In this document: positions 1 through 11,010 of the stretch, in pieces
How positions within the stretch are numbered: the first letter of the stretch is position 1
Layout: every line of letters begins with the position of its first letter
Assembly (NCBI RefSeq): GCF_009914755.1
Contig: NC_060929.1
DNA from: the human T2T-CHM13v2.0 reference genome, Homo sapiens
DNA length: 64,000 nt
Reading direction: 5' to 3' (one strand)
The notes under the pieces: generated by a model
Database searches by the model: none
What the model saw: only the letters and a program-made list of their open reading frames with translations
What the model was told of the DNA's origin: nothing
Position numbers and translations under genes: made by a program

Positions 1-364
1 TACAGAAATACATACATCCCTTGCAGCAATTATTTATTGAGTAACTACTATGAAATTCACCTTTTAGGTGCATTGTAAACTATGAGATCAACAAAAGTAG
101 ATGAATTACTTTGAATTAAATTATAATGTCCACAAAAGCCCACATAAATCTGTCCCCACATTTTGACTAACGAAGGTATGTTCAAAATAAATCTCCTTCA
201 GATCCATGATTGTTGCACATTTCAAAAAAAAGTTTCATAAACTCTAAAACCATTAAAAATATTGCACCAGAAGTAGCAGGTTAGCAATTAGAATAAATTA
301 AAAAGGCCAATATGGTGATAAAGGAGCCAGTACTCTCTTCCATGGACACTTAAATTAATGCAAA

Positions 365-2848
365 ATAGATACCAAAACCAGACAAAGACAAATGAAAAAT
401 AAAACTATGGGACAATACCCCTGATGGATATTGATGCAAAAATTCTCAACAAAATACTAGCAACCTCAACTGAACCACACATTAAACAGATCATCATGAT
501 CAAGTAGAATTTCTCTCAGGGATGCAAGGATGGTTCAACACCGGCAAGTCAGTCAATGTGATACATCGTATCAACAGAATGAAGGATAAAAACCACATGA
601 TAATTTCAATTCATGCTGAAAATCATTTGATAAACATCAACATCCCTTCATGATAAAAATCTTGGAATAGAAAGAACATTCTTTGAAACAATTAAATCCA
701 TATATGACAGACCCATAGCTAGTTTCATACTGAATGGGAGAAAATCAAAAGCCTTTCCTCTAAGATCTAGAATATGTAAAGGATGCTTAGTGTCACCACT
801 GTTATTCAACATAACACTGGGGGTCCTAGTTAGAGCAATAAAACAAGAGAAAGAAATCAAGGGCATCCAAATTGGAAAGGAAGAAGTAAAAGTAGCCTTG
901 TTTGCAAATTATATGATTTTATATTTGGAAAAATGTGTAGAATCCACCAAAAAATATGTTTTAAACTGATAAATTCAATAAAGTTGCAGGATACAAAATC
1001 AACATAAAAAAGTTAGTAGCATTTTATGTGTCAAACAGCAAAAAATCTGTAAAAGAAATTAAGACTGTAATCCCATTTATAATAGCTACAAATAAACTAC
1101 CTAGAAATTAATTAACTTAACCAAAGAACTGAAATTTCTCTACAATGAAAACTATAAAACATTGATGTAAGAAATTGAAGGCATTCATCACAGAAATAGA
1201 AAAGACAACTCTAAAATGTATACTGAACCACAAAATACACAGATAGCCAAAGCTATTCTAAGCAAAAAAGAATAAAACTGAAGAAATCACATTACCTGAC
1301 TTCAAATTACACTACAGAGCTGTAGTGAACAAAATAGTATAATGCTGGCATAAAAACAGGCACATAGACCAGTGGAACAGAACAGAAAAGCCAGAAATAA
1401 ATCCAGACATCTATAGTGAATTCATTTTTGACAAAAGTTTCAAGAACATGCACTGAGGAAAGGACAGTCTCTTCAGTAAATAGAGCCAGGAAAAGTAGAT
1501 ATCCACATGCAGAAGAATGAAACTAGACCCCATCTCTTTCTATACACAAAACCCAAATCAAAATAGATTGAATACTTAAATCTAAGACCTCAAACTATGA
1601 AGCTACTGAAAGAAAATTTTGAGGAAACACTCCAAGATATTGGTCTGGGCAAAGACTTCTTCAGTAATACCCCAAAGGAAAGGCAACCAAAGCAAAAATG
1701 GACAAATAGGATCACATCAAGTTAAAAATCCTCCGCACAGCAAAGAAAACAATCAACAAAGTGAAGAGACAACCCACAGAATGGGAGAAGATATTTGCAA
1801 ACTACCAATCTGATAAGGGATAAATAACCAGAATATATAGGGGGTTCAAACAACTCTTCAGGAAAAATCTAATAATCAAATTTAAAAATGGGCAAAAGAC
1901 CTAAATAGGCATTTCTCAAAAGAAGACATACAAATAGCAAACAGGTATATGGAAAGCTGCTCAACATCACTCATGTAAGAGAAATGCAAATCAAAACTAC
2001 TAGGAGATATAATTTTACCCCAGTTAAAATGGTTTTTATTCAAAATACATGCAATAACAAATGCTGATGAGCATGTGGAACAAAGGGCCCCTTGTACACT
2101 GTTGGTGAGAATGTAAATTAGTACAACCACTGAGGAGAACAGTTCAGAGGTTCCTCAAACACCTAAAAGTAGAGCCACCATATGCCCACTGCTAGGCATG
2201 TACCCCAAAGAAAGGAAATCAGTATATCAAAGAGATACCTACACTCCTATGTTTACTGTAGCACTGTTCACAAAGGCCAAGATATGAAATCAACCTAAGT
2301 GTCCACCAATAGACAAATGGACAAAGAAAATGGGGTGCACACACACAGTGGAGTACTGTTCTACCATAAAAAAGATGGGATCCTGTCATTTACAACAACA
2401 TGGATGGAATTGGAGGTCATTACGTTAAGTGAAATGAGCCAGCCACAGAAAGACAAGCTTCACATGCTCTCACTTATTTGTAAGAACTGAAACATTTGAA
2501 CTTATGGATATAGAGGTGGTTACCAGAGTCTGGAAGGGAAGTGGGAGTGAATAGAGTGAGGATGCTTAATGCTTACAAACAATTGTTAGAAAGAATGAAT
2601 ACGATCTAGTATTTGGTAGCACAACAGGGGGCCTATAGTCAAAAATAATTTAATTGTACATTTTTAGATAACTAAAAGAGTATAATTAGATTGTTTGTAA
2701 CACAAAGGAGAAATGCTTGAGTGATGGACAACCCATTTACCCTGATAAGATTATTACATATTGCATGCCTGTATCAAAAACTTGTCATGTTACCCCAAAA
2801 TATATGCACTTACTATGTGCCTACAAAATGAAAAATAAAATTTTAAAA
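365..2848 (+). mobile_element. 5'-truncated LINE-1 (L1MA-type, about L1MA1-4): 3' half of ORF2 plus 3' UTR, degraded
   Basis: ORF2 RT-region sequence (ATTGATGCAAAAATTCTCAACAAAATACTAGC at ~430, GGGATGCAAGGATGGTTCAAC at ~520), ORF2 C-terminal remnant in ORF 2299-2490 (FTTTWMELEVITLSEMSQ), L1MA-type 3' UTR and A-rich end at ~2825-2848; frame broken by stops and an internal deletion near 1180. Confidence 0.93.
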
Positions 2849-4350
2849 GTATTCCTCCTAAAATTTGATTTAACAAATAAGTTGTATGTGAGATTTCAGT
2901 TTCTAAAGAAATTATTAAAGCATTTTATGTTAACAAACAAAAGTCAGTGCTACCTGAGGTGGTCATTTTTGGGGAAAATCATTGCTGCGGATCTGGGAAT
3001 GCTCCCAGGTATGACCCCTGTGGGGTCACCCACTTGGAACCAGACCTGGTGGATTTTGTTGACCCAAACCTGAAAATCAACATCCATTTTCCCCATGCAA
3101 TGGCATACTACAGAGTGAGCGTGAAGGTTTAGATCCTCTGAAACTACCCCCTCAAGTCATTCCTGAGACATAGGAGAGCGTGTGTGTGCATGTGTATATA
3201 TATGTGAGTCCTAAATGGTTTCAGCCACTTGGGATGCAGTAATCTCCCTACTGGATCGACCTGCTTGGGTTCATAATAAATCAATATCCCCTGAGAAATC
3301 AGTGGTTCCCAGCAGCTCTGCTGTGTTTGCTAACTGTCTGCAGACAATCCAGGCTCACTGGAGGCCCCTAAACAACCCCATGCTGTGTAAACAAAGCCTC
3401 TGGACAGCAGCATAGACCCTACAACATCTTCCATAGTTGCAGATGGCAGACACTGGGTATGGAATAAAGGAGGTTATAGTTAAACAACTGCGATGAGAAA
3501 ATATTTCCCTAAGTCGGGAGGCAGGATTCCGGCCGTCCACTTCATAATTAAGCAATAATCCCAAGAAACGCAGTCATTACCAGCAGTTAATGACGACTTT
3601 GTTGGTTAACAGCTGGACCTGAAGCTGAAGATTGTTAACACTCTATCAAACTCCTTGTTAAGAGTGCTAAGTTTTTATTTAAACATGCTTGGATCGCAGC
3701 TGGAGAGCTGTGGGGGCATCGGGCATCCCCCAGTGGCTAATGATCAGTTTTTTTCCATCAGTCAGAGCACCAGGCACATTCCATTATGTTTATATAATAG
3801 TTGTTAACTGCCGCACACTGGTGCCACTTTGTATGGGGACCTCGTATGACACGAGGTTCAACTCCTTCTCCTCCCCTTGCACCAAAGACATATTTGCTGT
3901 TGTTTTCCTTGTTAGTGATGTTGCCAACATTTCAACTTCTGTGATTTACCTAAGGGATGTTTTGGAATTTAAGGGAATGCACAGGAAGGCTAGGCACATC
4001 AGATTGAAGTGAGGACATGTTACCAGCCTGCAGGCTTACCCAAGCCAAACCTGAAGGGTGCAAGGCTGCTGCAACCTCCTGAGAACTCCAGGCCTTCTCT
4101 TTGAAGGGGGTCAATCATCAAGCAATTGTCATCAGAAACATGTCATAGTTATTAGCTAAAGAGCTATTTTGCCTTTAGGATTCTGCATTGACTGGAAGTT
4201 ATCCTCATGTAAACCTGCTGCAAGTGCTTTCATCTCCTCTCCTTTTTCTTTACCATAAATGAGAGGCCTGCATTGGGAATGTCAAGCTGCCTTTAGTCAA
4301 TCATTAGACTCATCAGAGGAAGCCAGAGCAGGTAGGAGCTTCCAGAGAGG

Positions 4351-5820
4351 AACCTGGGTGTCTGTGTGTGTTTAGGTGTGCAGGAAGACAGCAGCATTCT
4401 CCCCCATCTGCATACACATGAACCTGGGCACCTGGGCATGTTCAGGTGTGCGTGGAGATAGCAGGATTCTCCACCATCCGCATGAAAATGAACCTGAGTG
4501 CCTGGTCATGTTCAGGTGTGCAGGGAGACAGTGGGGTTCTCCACCATCTGCATAGAGATAAACTTGGCCACCTGGGCATGTTCAGGTGTGTGTGGAGACA
4601 GCGGGATTCTCCACCATCTGCATGGAGACGAACCTGGGCACATGGGCATGTTCAGGTGTTCATGGAGACAGCGGGATTCTCTAGCATCTGCATGGAGATG
4701 AATCTAGGTGCCTGGTCATGTTCAGGTGTGCAGGAAGACAGTGGGATTCTCCACCATCTGCATAGAGATAAACTTGGCCACCTGGGCATGTTCAGTTGTA
4801 CAGGAAGACAGCAGAGTTCTCCACCATCTGCACAGAGATGAACCTGGACACCTATGTGTGTTTAGTTGTGCAGGGAGAGAGCAGAATTCTCCACCATCTG
4901 CACAGAGATGAACCTGGGTACCTGAGCGTGTTCAGGTGTGCAGAAAGACAATGGGATTCTCCATCATCTGCACAGAGATGAACCTGGGCATCTGGGCGTG
5001 TTCATGTGTGTGGGAAGACAATGGGATTCTCTATCATCTGCATAGAAATGAACCTGGGCACCCGGCTGTGTTCATGTGTGTGGGAAGACAGCAGCATTCT
5101 CCATCATCTGCACAGAGATTAACCTGGGCACCTGGGCGTGTTCATGTGTGTGGGAAGACAGCAGGATTCTCCATCATCTGCATAGAGATGAACCTGGGCA
5201 CCCGGGTGTGTTCATGTGTGTGGGAAGACAGCAGGATTCTCCATCATCTGCATAGAGATGAACCTGGGCACCTGGCCATGTTCATGTGTGTGGGAAGACA
5301 GCAGGATTCTCTATCATCTGGGTAGAGACGAACCTGGGCACCTGAGTGTGTTCATGTGTGTGGGAAGACAGCAGGATTCTACACCATCTGCATAGAGATG
5401 AACCCGGGCACCTGGGCATGCTCAGGTGTGCATAGAGACAGTGGGATTTCTCCACCATCTGCATGGAGATAAACCTGGGCATCTGAGTGTGTTCACATGT
5501 GTGGGAGACAGCAGGATTCTCCATCATCTACATAGAGATGAACCCGAGCACCTGGGCGTGTTCAGGTGTGCAGGAAGACAGCAGGATTCTCCACCCTCTC
5601 CATGGAGATGAACCAGGGCACCTGGGCATGTTCAGGTATGTGGGGAGACAGGAGGATTCTCCATCATCTGCCTAGAGATAAACCTGGGCACCTGGGCGTG
5701 TTCAGGTGTGCAGAAAGACAGCGAATTCTGCCTCATCTGCATGGAAATAAACCTGGCCACCTGGACATGTTCAGGTGTGCAGAAAGATAGCAGGATTCTC
5801 TACTATCTGCATAGAGCCAT
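4351..5820. repeat. 70-bp minisatellite (VNTR-like), 21 copies
   Basis: Unit ~AACCTGGGCACCTGGGCATGTTCAGGTGTGCAGGAAGACAGCAGGATTCTCCACCATCTGCATAGAGATG starts at 4351, 4421, 4491 ... 5401, 5472, 5541, 5611, 5681, 5750. Confidence 0.97.
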
Positions 5821-6597
5821 GACGGACCCTTCTTTCTTATGACTGCAAGAAAAAGTTCAATCAAAGGGACCCACGTGGACAGGCTCAGGTGTGTGGCTGA
5901 CCCTGTCCCGTGTTCCCATTGTCCACATAGAGTCCACACAGCTCTGCCCTCGCCCTGCCAAGTTAGCATCCCACGAACCCACTCCTTTGTGGCATCTGTC
6001 AGAGGCATCCAGAATTCATTATCATATTAATGTCAGGGCGAGCTCCCCTGGACCTCTGAGTTTTGTCTGTGCAAGGGCTTCCCGGGGCATTGGAGAAGCA
6101 GAGCAAAGCCTTTGGAGCAGGAGGCATTCAGCGCGAGGTGCAGATGGACCAAGCCCTTTGTTCTGCACGGCCTGGGGGGGCTGTTCTGGGAAGCAGCCAA
6201 CCTGCCTTGGTCTCAGTGAACATGGCCATGCCATTGTGTGCGTTTAATTGTCACTATGTGCCTGGAATCTCAGGGGTGCTCTAGAGGCTGAGGACAAGTG
6301 CAGGGAGCCCTCTGCCAGACTGAACGGAGAACCAGTGCTCCTGCATTCAGTCCCTGTCACCTTTGCTCAAAGAGGGATCCTCTGACAGAGCAATTAAAAG
6401 TATGACTTATTTACAAAGCCGTCTCTCTAGAAACCCCAGGATGATCTCTCTGGCACCTGCGCACATGGCTGTCTTAACAGGTTCTCCTACTGCAAAGCAA
6501 TTATTTAGACCTTGTGATATCAAGACAGGTGGACAAATAAAAAACTGACCACAGTGCCTCATGAAAGGAGACTAAGGGGCCATGTGGTATTTCCATC

Positions 6598-6751
6598 TTT
6601 TTTAGAGACAGGGTCTTCCTCTGTCCCCCAGGCTGGAGTGCAGTGATAGGACTGTGGCTCATTGCAGTCTTGACCTCCCGGCCCAAAGCAATCCTCCCAC
6701 CTCAGCCTTCCAGAGTGTTGGGATTACAGGTGTGAGCCACTGCACCCAGCC
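6598..6751 (-). mobile_element. Monomer-length old Alu (FRAM/AluJ-like)
   Basis: T-tract, then AGAGACAGGGTCT...CAGGCTGGAGTGCAGTG...GGGATTACAGGTGTGAGCCACTGCACCCAGCC; only ~155 bp. Confidence 0.88.
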
Positions 6752-7724
6752 TGAATTTCCCCTTTTAAAATGCCATTGTCCCCCACTACATGCTGAGGCA
6801 TCTGTTTCACAGCCACCTCGTGTCTTTGGTTATGTAGAAGATCTTTCTGTGCCAGGCAAGACTCAGTCCAGTGAAAACGCTTGCTGGGCATGGCCTGGCG
6901 TTCTGTGTGCTGACAACACAGCTGTCCAAAGGTAAAGGGTTAGGATTTTCTAAAGCATGTTTCTTAGGAAGGCAGTGACACGATGGATTATTTGTTACAT
7001 TTAGACAGAGGCCAAATTTTTCCTCTTAGTCATGGTTTACTTTTTTTAAAGTGAGTTTTAAGTAACTGTTTACAAAGAAGCCAGGGTCAAGGTCTGGGCT
7101 GGTCTCAGGTCGCATTTCTTGGATTTCCCCTCCAGGCGCTCAGCCCTTTTCTGCGCTACGTGCCCTCCTGATGCATCCCTTCTCCCATTCCATCAGTGAC
7201 ACCCTTTCACCTGTGCCTTGCTGCCCACATCCTCGAAATTCCTGAAGTCATTTATCTTCTGATTCATCCAGGACGGCTTCTTTTCAGACGCAGCTAAGCC
7301 TTTGCCTTTATGCAGGAACCCATCAGAGAAATCACACTGCCTTCTCATCACCTGCCTTTCTGTATTTAGAGGGCTCTGTGTACCACAGCACTAAGAATTT
7401 AATTAGGTTCTTCTGTTGCTTATGGAGATATACTTTCATCATTTCAATGAGGTCCAACGTCTCAGCAGAAGAAAGAGCAGCTCTCTCTCTTCTCCTGTCC
7501 CCATGGTATCCGTGCATGTGGCCCCACCCCAGCAGATGTTTGGGCACTTGACCTTGAGTGAATGCTTGGCAAGCATCACCCCACTGTGCCATTTGCTCAA
7601 GCTTCTTTGCCTCTTAGGTCTTTAGACCTCATATTTCTCTCTTGGCACAACCTGACCCTTTGTCAGACACCATAATAAAAGTTGTGCACATGGAAACGTC
7701 TTCTCCACTTTCCAATGATTGTCT

Positions 7725-8087
7725 TGTTAAATTAAATTTATCTTAAAGCTGACTCTTTACACATTTTAAGTGTGCATTACAGGTCTCTCTGTTCGTGGTG
7801 AACTGAAACCTTACTGGATGTGTAGACAGACTGTAACCTGCTCTTGTGCCAATCACCAAGTTTTGGCCAATCACAGGTGGTCCACTGTTCAAGCCAGGTT
7901 CAGATAAGGCAGCCCGAGGTGTTTCTGTGCCTCACTTCCTTCGTTCTGTCCATAAATCCTCGTTGACCACACAGCACTGCAGTCTCTCTCTGAATCTATT
8001 CCACTTCAGGGACTGCCAGATTCTTGAATTGTTCTTTGCTCAACTAAACTCCTTTAAACTTAATTGTCTGAAGTTTTTCTTTTGATA
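7725..8087 (+). mobile_element. MER57-family solo LTR (ERV1 class)
   Basis: Starts TGTTAAATTAAATTTA..TAAAGCTG, paired CCAATCAC boxes, ends GAAGTTTTTCTTTTGATA; 4-bp TSD GTCT at 7721-7724 and 8088-8091. Confidence 0.88.
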
Positions 8088-8699
8088 GTCTTTGAGCATC
8101 AGATGAGAGTGTGAATTTGGAATGTTCTTAGGGGGTCTAGGACTTTGTCTTTGATTTTAATTTCATTTTACCTTATTCTGCTGTGAGGTCAGCTACAGTG
8201 GTCTCTTGATGGGTATCCTGGGGGCCATGGTTCTCAGAGAGCTCACGGTCCAGTGAAAGAATTGGAGACTGCAAGAGTACAGCTGCTCTTATGGAAGGGT
8301 GGCTGCTCCTACCATGGGAAGTCCTCTCCCACCCGTCAATACACATTTGTTTCCCTCCCTGTCTCTGAGCTGCCCTCTTGACTCTGGCCTAGCTTCTCCA
8401 ACTCTAACCACTTTTGTTTCTTTATACAACATGGCCTCCTCTGATCTGGTACCTCAGGGAGCCACTGGCCATTTCTGGGCACTCTTCAGTGTGTGAGCAC
8501 CTAAACCACCCCCCAGTAAACACAGCCCCCTTGCCTGCAGATACCTGCCTTCTGCCATCAACCTTATTAGCTGTAGCTCAGATTCCCTGGTGCAAACCCA
8601 TGGCCCTCTTCCCATAGGCCATCCTCCTCAGCCTTGAGCCAGAGTATTTGAAATGGACCTGCTGGGACTCTCCCATTCCGACTGTGTTTTCAAATTCAT

Positions 8700-10330
8700 G
8701 TGTTCACTGGAGGGTGTTTTCCTTTCATTTGATGCAGTGGTTTTCGCCACGACCCCTACCATCCTCCCAGCCAGGCCTTCTCCTGACTCTGAGCTGCCTC
8801 CCTCTGTCCCTGTCTCGCTACCCACCCATGTCAATCCCTCCTTGGACACTTCTTCCTGCTCCTGTCTTCACCTATGCTCCTCGGCATCCCCTCCAGTTCC
8901 ACTGCCTCCATGGGAGGGACTTCCCTGTGACCGACTCTTCTCTGGAGCTCCAAGCCTGGATTTGCAAGCTGGACCTTCTTGGGGTCTCACAAATAAAATG
9001 CATCGCAAACGCATCCTTAACACTTCTGCCCAGACCCTTACAGCCCTCTTGATTCCTCTGTTTGTATTAATGATTCCCACATTCTTCACTCAACTCAGAG
9101 CAAAGCTTTTTATTTTTTTTTAACTTTTAGGTTCAAGGGTACAAGTGCAGGTTTGTTGAATAGATAAACTTATGTCATGGGGGTTTGTTATACACATTAT
9201 TTCATCACCCAGGTATTAAGCCTAGTACCCATTAGTTATTTTCCCGATCCCCTCCCGCCTCCCCCTACACACCCCTTGAAAGATCCCAGTGTCTGTTGCT
9301 CACCTCTATGTGTCTATGTGTTTTCATCGTTTAGCTCCCATAAGCTCTCTCACTTATAAGAAGTGAGAACATGTGGTATTTGTTTTTCTGTTCCTGCATT
9401 AGTGTGCTAAGATAATAGCCTCCAGCTCAATTTGTGTCCCCAAGAAGGACATGCTTTTGTTCTTTTTTATGGCTGCATAGTATTCCATTGTGTATATATA
9501 CCATATTTTCTTTATCCAGTCTATCATTGATGAGCACTTAAGTTAATTCCATGTCTCTGCTATTGTAAATAGTGCTGCAACGAACACATGCATGCATGTG
9601 TCTTTATAATAGAATGATTTATATTCCTTTGGGTATATACCCCATAATGGGACTGCTGGGTTGAATGATCTGTCTTGAGGTCTTTGAGGAATCTCCACAC
9701 TGTCTTCCACAGTGGCCAAAATAATATACATTCCCATCAAGAATGCATAAGCATTCCTTTTTCTCGACAGCCTCACTAGCATCTGTTATTTTTTGACTGT
9801 TTAAAAGTAGCCATTCTGATTGGTGTGAGATGGTATCTCGTTGTGATTTTGATTTGCATTTCTCTAATGATCAGTGATGCTGAGCTTTTTTTCATATGCT
9901 TTTTGGCTGCATGTTTGTCTTCTTTTTAAAAACATCTGTTCATGTCCTTTGCTCAATTTTTTATGTTTTTTTTCTTGTACATTTGTTTAAGTTCCTTATA
10001 GATGCTGGACGTCGGACTTTATCAGATGCATGGTTTGCAAAAACTTTCTCCCGTTCTGTAGGTTGTCTCTTTACTCTGATGATATATTTTTTTTTTTTTT
10101 GCTGCAGACCAGCCTTGAAGTCATCTTTGATTCTTTTTGTTTCCTTGTGCACCCAAAGAGTCAGTGTGAGAGGCTGATACTGCTGCCACAACTTCTCTCC
10201 TATATTGTCCTTGTTCTCTATTTTCCAATAAAGCATTGCCACTATTGCCTGAAATGCAACAATAGCCCCTTAATGGTGGTCCGGCCTCCATTACATCTCA
10301 ATCATGCTTATGCCTTCCTTCCGTCAGTTC
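8700..10330 (+). mobile_element. Highly degraded LINE-2 fragment, split by the L1PA insertion
   Basis: L2-like motifs CTCTTCTCTGGAGCTCCAAGCCTGGAT (~8935) left of the L1, and CTTGAAGTCATCTTTGATTC and TGCAACAATAGCCCCTTAATGG (~10115-10280) right of it. Confidence 0.55.
9107..10107 (-). mobile_element. 5'-truncated L1PA (older, about L1PA13-16), 3' ~1 kb
   Basis: Poly-T then TTTTAGGTTCAAGGGTACAAGTGCAGGTTTGTT...CATCACCCAGGTATTAAGCCTAGTACCC; minus-strand ORF 9543-9782 resembles ORF2 C-terminus (GIYPKEYKSFYYKDTCMHVFVAALFTIAETWN). Confidence 0.93.
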
Positions 10331-10479
10331 TTTCATGCTTGTTGATAGGTGCCATGGTAGTACTGGGGAGTGACCCTGTGTCTCCCTTTATATTCTCAGC
10401 TTTTTCACTCCTATCCATTTGCTTCTCTCGTGGAGTGCATGCTGTCACTGAGAAGCAAGGCACAAAAGTAAAATAGTCA

Positions 10480-11010
10480 CAACTGGCAATGTAATCGTGG
10501 TGGGTCTGGGCAGCAAGATAGAGAAGAGGGGTTAGGAGAGTGCCTCCCAGCAACAGGACGCTGCTTGGAGGATGATGAGAGCATCGGGGAGCTCTCCTGA
10601 AGAAAGAGCTTTTGAGTCCAGGTCTGGAGGATGAGAATGTGCCAGCCAAGGAAGGAAGCTGGAAGCTGGGCCCTGCAGGAAGGGATTCATGGGCTGCTCT
10701 GAGAAGGGCTGAAGCTCCCTGCAGAGCCTGGGATAAGCTCCAGGGGAGAAGTGAAGGGAGGAGAAGGGAGAGCCCAGGGGGAGGCCGAAGACAACCACCC
10801 CAGGTTGGGATCCTGCAGGCGCCATGCGGATCCGATTAGGTTTTGGTGTTTATCCTAAAAGCTCTCATCCTACTACTCTCATTGTGCTTTTCCCTTTGGG
10901 ATGAAGGGGTTATGCAGGCATAGAAGGATCAGATCTGCAGCTTTGGCAATCCCTGCTGAGCAGGATGGCACTGGTGGGGGCAGGGTGCTCCAGGGCCAGT
11001 CGGAGGTCCT
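10480..11010 (-). mobile_element. Degraded LINE-2 fragment
   Basis: Purine-rich L2-antisense-like motifs (CTCCTGAAGAAAGAGCTTTTGAGTCCAGGTCTGGAGGATGAG; TTTTGGTGTTTATCCTAA; GATCAGATCTGCAGCTTTGG). Confidence 0.5.

Noticed and set aside
3012-3028. Everted nuclear-receptor half-sites TGACCC-N5-GGGTCA
   Set aside because: A single short palindrome with non-canonical spacing is expected by chance in 64 kb.
4446-5790. Overlapping repetitive ORFs (HLHRDEPGHL..., MNLGTWACS...)
   Set aside because: The 70-bp period is not a multiple of 3, the same peptides recur in all frames and stops are scattered. These are by-products of the minisatellite.
4351-5820. Possible CRISPR-like array
   Set aside because: Units are head-to-tail with no unique spacers, there are no cas genes, and the context is primate DNA.
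8648-9123. 134-156 aa Pro/Ser-rich ORFs
   Set aside because: They lie in a pyrimidine-rich L2-like relic, run into an L1 tail and show no recognisable domain.
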